A DNA stretch of 59,648 nucleotides. It comes from a virus (Duplodnaviria; Caudoviricetes). Positions 10,501-19,775 of this stretch are shown piece by piece (positions within the stretch are counted from its first letter, which is position 1; every line of letters starts with the position of its first letter). A model generated the notes under the pieces. It made no database searches. It saw only the letters and a list, made by a program, of their open reading frames with translations, and had not been told where the DNA came from. Made by a program: the position numbers and the translations under genes. Location: positions 1 through 59,648 of the IMG/VR virus record IMGVR_UViG_3300017761_004576; one strand, written 5' to 3'.

Positions 10501-10519
10501 GGCCGTAAATATGCACATA

Positions 10520-10963
10520 ATGAAAGTCATGTGCCGCACCCTTTTTGATTGTACCCACACTGGTGTCACAGGACATTTTCGTCCCCAACAGCTGCCTTAC
10601 ACCACCAAGTCGGGCATGAGACTTGAAACTCCTGAACACTGGAATCAGGCCAGAAATCAACAACGCAACTGGGAAAGTCTATTGCAAATCGTCAGCCTGA
10701 GAACACAACCCATGAATGTAGTGTTGCCCAAAAAGCAACCGGATGGCTGGCACTTTGAATTTGAAGTAGAAGCTGAAGGAGTACTCAGCAGCAGCATTGA
10801 CAGTGATGACCTTGCAGGACTTGTGGCTGACTGTGAAGGTGTGCCCATGGTCACCGGACTGGGCGAACACACAATTGACACCGCCACACTGCATGCTCAA
10901 GGTGTGAATCAGAACATTTGGTTCTCCGCCATAAATACGCCATTGGAGCCTGAACATGGTTGA
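10520..10963 (+). CDS. Hypothetical protein
   Basis: ORF after TAAATA (10506); start 10511 or 10520. Confidence 0.6.
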   Translation: MKVMCRTLFDCTHTGVTGHFRPQQLPYTTKSGMRLETPEHWNQARNQQRNWESLLQIVSLRTQPMNVVLPKKQPDGWHFEFEVEAEGVLSSSIDSDDLAGLVADCEGVPMVTGLGEHTIDTATLHAQGVNQNIWFSAINTPLEPEHG

Positions 10964-11222
10964 TACTACAGATATTGAAAAGAAAAGTCTCGAAGCTCAC
11001 GTTGAGTTGTGTGCAGAACGTTACCGCATGCTGGAACTCAAAATAGAAACAGTGGAACAAGAAGTTGGCCATGTCAAACACATGGTCACTGAAGTTCATG
11101 GTATTGTGCGCCAAATGGGCGAAAAACGCAACGATCAAATCATTGCCTGGGGCATTGGTATTATTGGTGCATTGCTGGGCACTGTGGCGTGGCTGGCCAC
11201 CCACTATATAAAAACACTATGA
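10956..11222 (+). CDS. Coiled-coil + C-terminal TM protein (holin/XhlA-like possible)
   Basis: Heptad-like N-half, hydrophobic IIAWGIGIIGALLGTVAWLA. Confidence 0.5.
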   Translation: MVDTTDIEKKSLEAHVELCAERYRMLELKIETVEQEVGHVKHMVTEVHGIVRQMGEKRNDQIIAWGIGIIGALLGTVAWLATHYIKTL

Positions 11223-11671
11223 CTCGTGATCAAAAATTAGAACGTTTTGCCGAACGTGAACTCAAACGTGTGTATACCAAACTCATCATTGACGATGAAC
11301 ATGGCGGGTATGTTGCGTTTGGACGCTATCATGTAAAACCCGAAACAGCTGGATTTGCAGTGTATCACAGCGATGATCTTGTGAGTGTATTTGGCAGTAA
11401 ACGCACAGCCATGTCATATTGTGTGGCAGATCACTTGCGCCAGTATCGTCTGGCAGAAAACATTCGTATATTGGACAACAAAAAACAATCACTCACTGAT
11501 GATATCCATTGCCGGCGAGGGCAAGCTGAGCGCAGCAGTCGTCCTGAATTCCGTGAAACAGTGCGCACTAAACTTGCACCCAAAATTGAAAACCTTACAC
11601 TGCTGAATCAAGAACTCGAAAAATGTTTAAATTCGGCTAAATATCTACAACTAAGAGGATTTGCCAAATGA
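11219..11671 (+). CDS. Hypothetical protein
   Basis: ATGA-coupled ORF in operon. Confidence 0.6.
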   Translation: MTRDQKLERFAERELKRVYTKLIIDDEHGGYVAFGRYHVKPETAGFAVYHSDDLVSVFGSKRTAMSYCVADHLRQYRLAENIRILDNKKQSLTDDIHCRRGQAERSSRPEFRETVRTKLAPKIENLTLLNQELEKCLNSAKYLQLRGFAK

Positions 11672-12549
11672 AATTAACTGAACTGGCCACGCCAAAAAAG
11701 AGCCGCCAAGTAGTCAAGGTATTTGAAAGTTACTTTGGTACAAAAATGCCTGTAAACAAACTCACAGTGCGCGAAGCACAGGCCATGCTGGAACGTGTGC
11801 GCAATGTAATTGCTGAACACCAGCGTAGTAGTACTCGTCACACCAGCGAGCGCAATCCTGCTTACTTGAAACTGGTCATGATGGAACAAGCACTTGCACA
11901 TCGTGTGAGCGAAGAAATGGTACCTCCTGCAGGTGCTGTGGCAAAACCCAACCCAGCTGCTATGGCCAAACTCAAAACAGCCAAAGACAAACTGTCAAAA
12001 GGTCAGACTCCTTCTCCTGAAGAACAAGAATTAATCAATGCTCAGGCCACCTTGACTGCAGAAAGTCGCTTGCGCCGAGCATACCAGTTTTTGAAAGAAT
12101 CAGAAGTTCAACAAGCACAGGTAGTTCTGGCTGCACAAGACATGGTAGACAAAATGCAATCAATGTTGGAAGACACCACAGAGATGCAATTCAAAGAACT
12201 GCCTGCTTTGGTAGATTCAATCCGCAATCAAATTGGCATGGAACAAGCCACACAGTTCAACACTGATGTTACTGGGGCATTGCAAGGCCTTGTGCAAAAC
12301 CTACAAGGTGCCAAGCAACAACTGGAAACAGCCTTAGGTGTTGTGACCGGGCAACCTGCCGCACTAGACACCAGCATGGCTGCCAGTGGCATGCCAGGCA
12401 CTGCACCTGCTCCAATGCCAGGTGCTGAAATGGGTGCTGATATTGGTGCTGAAATGGGTGCTGATATTGGTGCTGAAATGGGTGCTGATATTGGTGCTGA
12501 AGAAGAGCCCACAACCCCCAAGGCTGCTCTGGGTCGAGCACGTAGATAA
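11668..12549 (+). CDS. Probable prohead core/internal head protein
   Basis: MKLTEL start, multiple L/I-x-E sites, acidic repeat, C-terminal LGRARR. Confidence 0.55.
   Translation: MKLTELATPKKSRQVVKVFESYFGTKMPVNKLTVREAQAMLERVRNVIAEHQRSSTRHTSERNPAYLKLVMMEQALAHRVSEEMVPPAGAVAKPNPAAMAKLKTAKDKLSKGQTPSPEEQELINAQATLTAESRLRRAYQFLKESEVQQAQVVLAAQDMVDKMQSMLEDTTEMQFKELPALVDSIRNQIGMEQATQFNTDVTGALQGLVQNLQGAKQQLETALGVVTGQPAALDTSMAASGMPGTAPAPMPGAEMGADIGAEMGADIGAEMGADIGAEEEPTTPKAALGRARR
12421..12501 (+). repeat. 24-bp coding tandem repeat (GAEMGADI x3)
   Basis: ggtgctgaaatgggtgctgatatt repeated 3 times plus partial copy. Confidence 0.95.
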
Positions 12550-12902
12550 TGAGAATCGACGAAGTCGAAAACTCAAGTTCACTGGATCCAAACAAACTGA
12601 TGGGTCTGGTAAATTTTCTTTCTGGCAGGGCCAATGATGAAAATGCACAAAAGCAAATCAGCACTGATGCATTTATATCTACTGCACGTAGTTTAGGATT
12701 TCCAGTAAATCAAAAAAACATTGTGAGTGTGGTAAGCCAGGCTCCATTGGATAGTGTGTTAGAGCCCATAGATCCCAACAATCCCAGTGTGATCAAGTAC
12801 AAAGGTGCCAATACTGGTGCAACCCAAATGCCTGTCAACAAGGCACAAGACATTGTGGCCGCCTCGGCCAAACAAGCTGCTGGCAAAGACCGCGGCGTAT
12901 AA
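12549..12902 (+). CDS. Hypothetical protein (head-associated?)
   Basis: Coupled ORF, MRIDEVE start. Confidence 0.6.
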   Translation: MRIDEVENSSSLDPNKLMGLVNFLSGRANDENAQKQISTDAFISTARSLGFPVNQKNIVSVVSQAPLDSVLEPIDPNNPSVIKYKGANTGATQMPVNKAQDIVAASAKQAAGKDRGV

Positions 12903-12911
12903 TCATTCTTA

Positions 12912-12940
12912 TTGACACTTGTTAGTAAATATGCTAAAAT
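12912..12940 (+). promoter_or_regulatory. Sigma70 promoter with nested TAAATA late-like motif
   Basis: TTGACA-17-TAAAAT; TAAATA 12926-12931. Confidence 0.65.
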
Positions 12941-12956
12941 TAGCAAAGGAAATCAC

Positions 12957-13340
12957 ATGGCCTATTCAGAAAAAGTAATTGATCACTATGAAAATCCACG
13001 CAACGTGGGCAAGTTTGAACTTGACGACACCATCGGTACCGGCATGGTAGGAGCACCGGCCTGCGGCGATGTGATGAAATTACAAATCAAAGTCGAAAAC
13101 GGAATCATTGTAGATGCTAGATTCAAAACATACGGATGCGGAAGTGCCATTGCCTCATCCTCTCTTGTTACCGAGTGGGTTAAAGGACGAACGCTTGACC
13201 AGGCCGCAGCTCTTAAAAATTCAGAGATTGCTCAAGAACTCGCACTGCCACCAGTCAAGATTCATTGTTCTATTCTTGCTGAAGATGCCATAAAGGCCGC
13301 TGTAGAGGACTATCGCAAAAAGCATGATCTCAGTAACTGA
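12957..13340 (+). CDS. iscU: Fe-S cluster scaffold IscU
   Basis: MAYSEKVIDHYENPRNVG, GAPACGDVM, GCGSAIAS, LPPVKIHCS. Confidence 0.97.
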   Translation: MAYSEKVIDHYENPRNVGKFELDDTIGTGMVGAPACGDVMKLQIKVENGIIVDARFKTYGCGSAIASSSLVTEWVKGRTLDQAAALKNSEIAQELALPPVKIHCSILAEDAIKAAVEDYRKKHDLSN

Positions 13341-13647
13341 CAAAGCACGGGCCAAAATTAAAAAATTAGTCGAGCTCAAAGGCTATGCCGGCATACGGCT
13401 GGGTGTGAAAACCACAGGTTGCTCTGGTTTGGCTTATGTGTTGGAGTACGTTAAAGAATACTGTGCAGATGAGAGTACCATAAACTATGCTCACAGTGAC
13501 TTTTGTGTAATAGTTGATAAAAAACATGATGTGTATCTGCGTGGCACACAAGTAGATTATGTGCGCCAAGGTCTCAATGAAGGTTTTGAATTCACCAATC
13601 CCAATGAACGTGACCGCTGTGGATGTGGAGAAAGTTTTCGAATATAG
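13324..13647 (+). CDS. iscA: Fe-S A-type carrier IscA
   Basis: TTGCSGLAY and RCGCGESF. Confidence 0.95.
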   Translation: MISVTDKARAKIKKLVELKGYAGIRLGVKTTGCSGLAYVLEYVKEYCADESTINYAHSDFCVIVDKKHDVYLRGTQVDYVRQGLNEGFEFTNPNERDRCGCGESFRI

Positions 13648-13696
13648 TTGACAATTGGACTATAATCGACTATAATCAACTATAATCATGTATAAT
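13648..13696 (+). promoter_or_regulatory. Consensus sigma70 promoter within four TATAAT boxes at 10-bp period
   Basis: TTGACA 13648; TATAAT at 13661, 13671 (17-bp spacer), 13681, 13691. Confidence 0.8.
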
Positions 13697-14404
13697 CCAA
13701 AATTCAACTATCAACCTATTCCCCGAGAAAACGTCAATGGCCGTAGACTGTATGCCACACCTGATGGCAAAAAGTTACCATCAGTGACCACAATCTTGGA
13801 AGCCACCAAGAGTGAAGAAAAAAAAGCGGCCTTACAAAACTGGCGCAATCGCGTGGGACATGAGCAAGCACAGGCCATCACAACAGAAGCTGCCAATCGT
13901 GGCACAAGGATGCACACCTATCTTGAACAGTATGTGCAAGAAGGTGTGATCAAAGAACGCGGTACCAACCCATTTTCGTGGGCCAGTCATGCAATGGCAC
14001 ATGTGGTTGTTGAACACGGCTTGAAAAATGTAAGTGAGTTTTGGGGTATCGAAGTTCCATTGTATTTTCCCGGTATCTATGCAGGCACAACAGATGGTGC
14101 AGGCATGCATCTAAATGACGAGGCCATTCTGGATTACAAACAAACCAACCGGCTCAAAAAGCGTGAGTGGATTGACGATTACTTCATGCAATTGTGTGCA
14201 TACGCAGAAGCACACAATGAACTGCACGGTACACGCATCCAAAAAGGTGTAATTTTGATGTGTGTCAAGCCCGAATTTGACGAGCAAATGAACATGATCA
14301 AGCCGCCTGAGTACCAGGAATTTGTGCTAGAGGGCAGAGAATTTGAGCACTATCGTGACCAATGGTGGAAAAAGGTCGAACAGTATTACTTGCTAAATAT
14401 GTGA
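13688..14404 (+). CDS. PD-(D/E)XK exonuclease (Cas4/RecB-like phage exonuclease)
   Basis: LPSVTTIL, RGTRMH, AGTTD, LDYKQT, QLCAY. Confidence 0.85.
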   Translation: MYNPKFNYQPIPRENVNGRRLYATPDGKKLPSVTTILEATKSEEKKAALQNWRNRVGHEQAQAITTEAANRGTRMHTYLEQYVQEGVIKERGTNPFSWASHAMAHVVVEHGLKNVSEFWGIEVPLYFPGIYAGTTDGAGMHLNDEAILDYKQTNRLKKREWIDDYFMQLCAYAEAHNELHGTRIQKGVILMCVKPEFDEQMNMIKPPEYQEFVLEGREFEHYRDQWWKKVEQYYLLNM

Positions 14405-14423
14405 TACCCGAAGGAATCACACT

Positions 14424-16238
14424 GTGGCAATTGTACAAATATCACGCATAACACAACGCAAAGGTCTTGAAGTAGACTTACCGCAACCACTGGCCGGTGC
14501 AGAGCTGGGGTGGGCCACGGACGAACGCAGACTGTTCATTGGCAACGGCACCCTGGCTGATGGTGCCCCTGTTGTTGGCAACACTGAAATTCTAACAGAA
14601 TACTCAGACATATTGGGATTCTCCACTGCCTATACTTATCAAGGCAAAGCTGGTGGATATGTGGTACAGACTGGAGCCACTGCGGGCAGTCCAGTGTCAC
14701 AAAGTTTGCAAAATCGTTTAGACAGCTATGCTGTGATCTCTGACTTTGGTGCCACTGGCGACGGAGTCACTGACGTCACTGCCAATATCAATCGTGCCCT
14801 GAATCAAATTTATTGTCAAGATGTCAACCCTCAGGTGCGCAGAGGTTTGTATTTTCCAGCTGGCGTATACTTGATATCTGATACCATTGCCATTCCCACT
14901 TATGCTTATCTCTATGGTGATGGTGTGCAGAGCAGTATCATTAGATTCTCAGCTGCGGCCTGGACCAATACCATACCATATGGTGCAGGTATTTTGGTAT
15001 CGTCAGGCGGACTGTACTATCGCAGTCAAATGTCTGTGCCCATTGGTGCTTCTTTGACAGATTCTGCACCCAGCGGATTTTATTGGTTGCAAGAAGCCCT
15101 GCCAGAATATGTGGTGCGCACCGCTGACAGTTTGCAACAGACTGGAGCAGACATTGCCACCAACGGTGCTATACCACCACAAAACATTACAGTTTCCAAT
15201 ATGGCATTTGAAACACAGGTCTATGGCAATGATTCCAGCGTGAGTCATAACATTTGCTTGATTGACCGAGCGCAGGCCGCAGATTTTTCTGCTGTTGGTT
15301 TTTCGGGACCATTTGTCACTGCCAATGGGGACACTGCTGCTGAAGCATTGAATTGTGTACAATTTTCCAGTAGTGGTAGTTTGATCTGCACACAAATTTC
15401 ATTTGATCAATGTCAATTCACTGGTGCTTCGTATGCTATCAACACAGACGAGCAGGTGCAAGGTTGCACTGTGAAAAACAGTGTGTTTGACACACTTTCG
15501 CAAGGCATAGTGCTGGGCAGTGCATCACCAGTCAACGGTGGACCTCTGGGTTTCCGCATAATTGAAAACTTGTTTGACAACATCTACAATCAAGGCATTG
15601 TGATAGATTCTGTAAGTTTAAATTTGTCAGCCTACAACACATTTTTGGATGTGGCCAACCACTATCTTGGCAATGCCTATGCTGCTGCCCCAGTCATAGA
15701 TATTAAAACCACAAACAATGTCAGCATTGGTGACATGTTCCAGCGTACCACTGCACAGACCTTGCGCAGTGGCACTTATTATCCCAGAGTCGAACTTACA
15801 AATACCAGTTCGGTGGCCTTGGGCATGAACAACACACCGGCTGTGCAATACACCATAAACAATGTGGTTAATAGCACAATTGCCAATCAATCGGCACTGG
15901 GAACCTATGTACGGGAAGCCGGTGTTAGCAATGTGATCACAAACAATGCTACCAGAACCATGTTCACTGTTGATACCACAGTGGTACAGGCGTTTTGTAT
16001 GAATTATACCATGTTGAGAAACACAGCCGTGAGAACTGGAACATTGACTGTGGTACGTGGCAAAAGTGACGCATCGGGCGGGTTCAGTTTTGTTGACAAC
16101 TATCAAGAAAATGCCAGTACTGGCGTGACCTTGACTGCTGCCGACGATGGCGCTGGTGGTAATGTAACTGTGTCAATCACTGCCACCAACACAGGCATAT
16201 CAGGAACAATCAATTACAGTGTGACCCATCTAGCCTGA
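14424..16238 (+). CDS. Tail fibre/tailspike with pectate-lyase-like beta-helix
   Basis: GAELGWATDERRLFIGNG N-terminal fibre anchor; DFGATGDGVTD..LYFPAGVY beta-helix start. Confidence 0.75.
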   Translation: MAIVQISRITQRKGLEVDLPQPLAGAELGWATDERRLFIGNGTLADGAPVVGNTEILTEYSDILGFSTAYTYQGKAGGYVVQTGATAGSPVSQSLQNRLDSYAVISDFGATGDGVTDVTANINRALNQIYCQDVNPQVRRGLYFPAGVYLISDTIAIPTYAYLYGDGVQSSIIRFSAAAWTNTIPYGAGILVSSGGLYYRSQMSVPIGASLTDSAPSGFYWLQEALPEYVVRTADSLQQTGADIATNGAIPPQNITVSNMAFETQVYGNDSSVSHNICLIDRAQAADFSAVGFSGPFVTANGDTAAEALNCVQFSSSGSLICTQISFDQCQFTGASYAINTDEQVQGCTVKNSVFDTLSQGIVLGSASPVNGGPLGFRIIENLFDNIYNQGIVIDSVSLNLSAYNTFLDVANHYLGNAYAAAPVIDIKTTNNVSIGDMFQRTTAQTLRSGTYYPRVELTNTSSVALGMNNTPAVQYTINNVVNSTIANQSALGTYVREAGVSNVITNNATRTMFTVDTTVVQAFCMNYTMLRNTAVRTGTLTVVRGKSDASGGFSFVDNYQENASTGVTLTAADDGAGGNVTVSITATNTGISGTINYSVTHLA

Positions 16239-16669
16239 TGTGGCCTAGTAATTTTAGTGAAAGACTCAACAGTTGGGCACAACTGCGTGAACAGTCTGCG
16301 GCAACCAATGTTGAATCAGCATTGTTGTCAATCAATCAGTGGTGGTTTCGAGCACCTTGGTCAGCATACCATTTGCACTGGGATGATCGGGCTGATTGGC
16401 CAGATCCTTGGCAGTTATTGAGTGACAACATTTACTGTCCGGTTGCTCGTGGGCTGGGAATACTGTATACTATAACACTGTTGGATCTGCCTGATCTGCA
16501 GGATGCTCTGATGATTGAACACATGGGAGACAATTTAGTCCTAGTGAGTCAAAAGAAATATATACTGAATTGGGATCCGGACCAAGTGTTAAATATCAGC
16601 CTAGGTGTATCAAAACCCAAGCACCAGATCAGTCAACAAGAAATAAAACAAAAATATTCGTTAGGATGA
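16238..16669 (+). CDS. Transglutaminase-like/cysteine protease-fold protein (tail-associated)
   Basis: DWPDPWQLL..YC..RGLG motif; coupled to tail gene. Confidence 0.45.
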   Translation: MWPSNFSERLNSWAQLREQSAATNVESALLSINQWWFRAPWSAYHLHWDDRADWPDPWQLLSDNIYCPVARGLGILYTITLLDLPDLQDALMIEHMGDNLVLVSQKKYILNWDPDQVLNISLGVSKPKHQISQQEIKQKYSLG

Positions 16670-16670
16670 G

Positions 16671-18992
16671 ATGAAAAGCATTACAGTTGTAAAACGTAGT
16701 GGGCGTCGTGACCCATTGCAAATTGAAAAATGGCAAGCACAAGTGGCCAAGGTGTGTGCCGGAATAGCTGACGTAAGTCAGAGCATGATAGAAATCAAAG
16801 CACAGTTGCATTTTTATGATGGTATTACCACCAAAGAAATTGATGGTATTACCCTACGTGCCATTGTGGACTTGATTGACGTGGAATCTAACCCTGACGT
16901 GGGGCATACCAACTATCAGTTTGTGGCAGGCAAACAGCGACTCAGCATGCTACGCAAAGATGTGTACGGCTCATACGATCCCCCACATTTGTATGAAATT
17001 GTAAAAACCAATGTGGCCACTGGCCTGTACACTCCTGAACTGCTGGAATGGTACACAGAAGATGACTGGAACCGCATGAACGACATGATCGATCATGCCA
17101 AAGATGAATCATACAGTTATGCCGCAGTGGAACAGCTGATTGAAAAATATCTAGTAAAAAATCGATCAACAGGAAAAACATATGAAACCCCTCAAGTCAG
17201 ATACATGGTGGCAGCTGCCACTGTATTCCATAAGGAAGAACCTAACAGTGCCCGCATGCGCTATATTAAAGAGTATTACACAGCAGCCAGTGATGGCCTG
17301 TTTACTCTTGCTACTCCTGTGCTTGCTGGTCTTGGGACTCCTACTAAACAGTTTAGTAGTTGCGTACTTATCCGCAGTGACGATGATCTGGACAGTATAT
17401 TTGCTTCAGGTGAAATGATGGCCAAGTATGCCAGCAAGCGAGCAGGCATTGGTTTGGAGATAGGACGACTACGTCCGCTAGGCAGTCCCATCCGTGGTGG
17501 TGAGATCATGCACACAGGTATGATACCATTCCTAAAAAAATGGTTTGGAGATTTGCGCTCATGCTCACAGGGAGGTATCCGTAATGCAAGTGCTACTGTA
17601 TTTTATCCTATTTGGCATCTTCAGTTTGATGATCTTATTGTACTTAAGAACAACCAAGGAACAGAAGAAACCCGAGTCCGTCATATGGATTATGGGGTTG
17701 TGCTTAGTGCTTTCTTCTGGAGACGATTTAAAAACCGAGAAAACATAAGTTTTTTTGACCCCAACGAAGTTCCTGATTTGTATGAAGCGTTCTACACAAA
17801 CACTGCACTGTTTGAAGAACTGTATGTCAAATACGAAAAGCAGGGTGGACTTCGAAAGAAAGTAATGGCTGCGGAAGAAGTGTTCAAGGGTGGCATATTA
17901 AAAGAGAGAACAGATACAGGACGTATCTATCTAGTGTTCATTGACAACGTGCAGAATCAAGGCCCATTTGACCCTAAGTACCATACCATCTACCAGAGTA
18001 ATCTTTGCTGTGAAATACTTTTACCTACTAAGTCCTTTAAACGTCTGGATGACAGCAATGGTCGTATCGCACTTTGCACTCTGGGCTCAATCAATTGGGG
18101 TGCGTTCCGCAATCCAGAAGACATGCGCCGTGCTTGCCGTATACTGCATCGTAGCCTCAACAACATTCTTGACTATCAAGACTTTCTTTCCATCCAGTCT
18201 AAACTCAGCAATGAGGAAATTAGACCGCTGGGAATCGGTATCACCAATCTCGCCTACTGGCATGCCAAGCGAAGTCTCAAGTACGGTGAGAAGGAAGCTC
18301 TAGGCGAAGTCAAGTCTTGGATGGAACATCAGGCCTACTACCTGACCGAAGCGTCAGTTGAGCTGGCTCGAGAACGTGGCCGGTGCGAAGGTAGTGATTG
18401 CACACGTTACGGCCAAGGTGTGTTTCCTTGGGAACTACGAGCCAAGGGGGTGAACGAACTCACAGACTTCACTCCTGATTCAGGGCTAGACTGGAACACC
18501 TTGCGTGGCAACATGCGAGCATATGGTGTACGCAACGCCACCTTGATGGCTGTGGCGCCTGTGGAAAGTTCAAGTGTTGTGATCAACTCAACCAACGGCA
18601 TTGAAATGCCCATGAGCCTGATTTCAGTCAAAGAAAGCAAAGCAGGTAGTTTGACACAGGTGGTGCCCGAATATCACAGACTCAAAAACAAGTACCAAAT
18701 GATGTGGGCGCAAAAAGATTGTGTGGGCTATTTGAAAACCGCCGCTGTGTTGGCAGCATACATCGATCAGTCAATCAGCACCAACACATTCTATAATCCT
18801 GCACACTTTGCAGATCGTAAAGTACCTACCACGTTGATTGCTCGAAATCTTATGCAAGCACATCACTGGGGCATCAAGACATTCTACTACAGCTTGATCA
18901 ACAAGCAAGGCTCTCGTGCAGACAAGGAAGCTGCTCCATTAGAAGCAATTGATTTTGATGATGTGGAAGATTGCGAAAGCTGTAAACTTTAA
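16671..18992 (+). CDS. nrdA: Ribonucleotide reductase class Ia alpha subunit
   Basis: ATP cone, QFSSCVL, SNLCCEI, TFYY, C-terminal CESCKL. Confidence 0.97.
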   Translation: MKSITVVKRSGRRDPLQIEKWQAQVAKVCAGIADVSQSMIEIKAQLHFYDGITTKEIDGITLRAIVDLIDVESNPDVGHTNYQFVAGKQRLSMLRKDVYGSYDPPHLYEIVKTNVATGLYTPELLEWYTEDDWNRMNDMIDHAKDESYSYAAVEQLIEKYLVKNRSTGKTYETPQVRYMVAAATVFHKEEPNSARMRYIKEYYTAASDGLFTLATPVLAGLGTPTKQFSSCVLIRSDDDLDSIFASGEMMAKYASKRAGIGLEIGRLRPLGSPIRGGEIMHTGMIPFLKKWFGDLRSCSQGGIRNASATVFYPIWHLQFDDLIVLKNNQGTEETRVRHMDYGVVLSAFFWRRFKNRENISFFDPNEVPDLYEAFYTNTALFEELYVKYEKQGGLRKKVMAAEEVFKGGILKERTDTGRIYLVFIDNVQNQGPFDPKYHTIYQSNLCCEILLPTKSFKRLDDSNGRIALCTLGSINWGAFRNPEDMRRACRILHRSLNNILDYQDFLSIQSKLSNEEIRPLGIGITNLAYWHAKRSLKYGEKEALGEVKSWMEHQAYYLTEASVELARERGRCEGSDCTRYGQGVFPWELRAKGVNELTDFTPDSGLDWNTLRGNMRAYGVRNATLMAVAPVESSSVVINSTNGIEMPMSLISVKESKAGSLTQVVPEYHRLKNKYQMMWAQKDCVGYLKTAAVLAAYIDQSISTNTFYNPAHFADRKVPTTLIARNLMQAHHWGIKTFYYSLINKQGSRADKEAAPLEAIDFDDVEDCESCKL

Positions 18993-19004
18993 CAAAAAAA
19001 CGAA

Positions 19005-19616
19005 ATGAGTTTAGACAATAATTTTCCTCCCGGTATTGCAATTTTGATAGATTGTTGGGAACATTGTACCCAGTATGATCCAATCTATGAAACCACTTGG
19101 AAAAATATTGAATTATCCCTACAAGAAAAAAATATTCAAACAGTAGTGCTGGCAACACACAGTTATGATATCACCACTCATTGGCCGACTCAATGGTTTA
19201 CAAATACTCATCAGATTTTCTTTGATGAAAACAAAAATAAAAACTCATGGGTACAAAGTTTGCCTCAATATATAGGAACTGCTCCTGGGTACATATATCA
19301 AACAGCTGACTCTATTTTAAATATCAAAACTGATGCATTAAAACTAATGATTCATGATTCGGACCAGCTCATTTGGTATCTCACTGAAATAGTTCCGCAT
19401 CTCAAAGTTGTTTGGTATTTTGGAATTCACTGGAACATGTGTTTAAAAAATCGAAATATAGGTTACAATAACTTAAAATTTGCCCTTGCTCAAAGAGGTT
19501 GTGAAATATTTACTGACACAAACTCCGTTGTTACAATAGAAAATCAAAGACCTGATTCAGCGGACATGACAGGTTGGCAACATGTAGTTGACACTATATA
19601 TAAACTCAAAGTATAG
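19005..19616 (+). CDS. AT-rich hypothetical protein, cysteine-hydrolase-like; paralog of 1876..2490
   Basis: AILIDCWE ... FGIHWNMCL. Confidence 0.5.
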   Translation: MSLDNNFPPGIAILIDCWEHCTQYDPIYETTWKNIELSLQEKNIQTVVLATHSYDITTHWPTQWFTNTHQIFFDENKNKNSWVQSLPQYIGTAPGYIYQTADSILNIKTDALKLMIHDSDQLIWYLTEIVPHLKVVWYFGIHWNMCLKNRNIGYNNLKFALAQRGCEIFTDTNSVVTIENQRPDSADMTGWQHVVDTIYKLKV

Positions 19617-19622
19617 TCATAA

Positions 19623-19775
19623 TTAGACTTTGAAGGCAACATTGCCTACAATATAGTTGGAATTAAAGGACACGGTGTTGTGGCTATTGACACCACACCG
19701 TGATGTGCTTACAAGCACATAGAGAAGTTAGAACAAATTTGCAAGATAGTACTTGCATCAGGAAAATATAAATGA
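19623..19775 (+). pseudogene. 3' remnant of a class II aldolase/adducin-family gene
   Basis: Reads LDFEGNIAYNIVGIKGHGVVAIDTTP*CAYKHIEKLEQICKIVLASGKYK*; in-frame TGA 19701; stop overlaps nrdB ATG. Confidence 0.7.

Noticed and set aside
12421-12501. Repeat array as CRISPR
   Set aside because: No spacers; in-frame coding tandem repeat
13688-14404. Cas4 / CRISPR system
   Set aside because: Ordinary phage PD-(D/E)XK exonuclease lacking the Fe-S Cys set; no cas genes or array seen
19701-19703. In-frame TGA as evidence of stop-codon recoding
   Set aside because: TGA, TAG and TAA all end well-recognised genes (many ATGA overlaps); the fragment also lacks its 5' end, so it is a pseudogene
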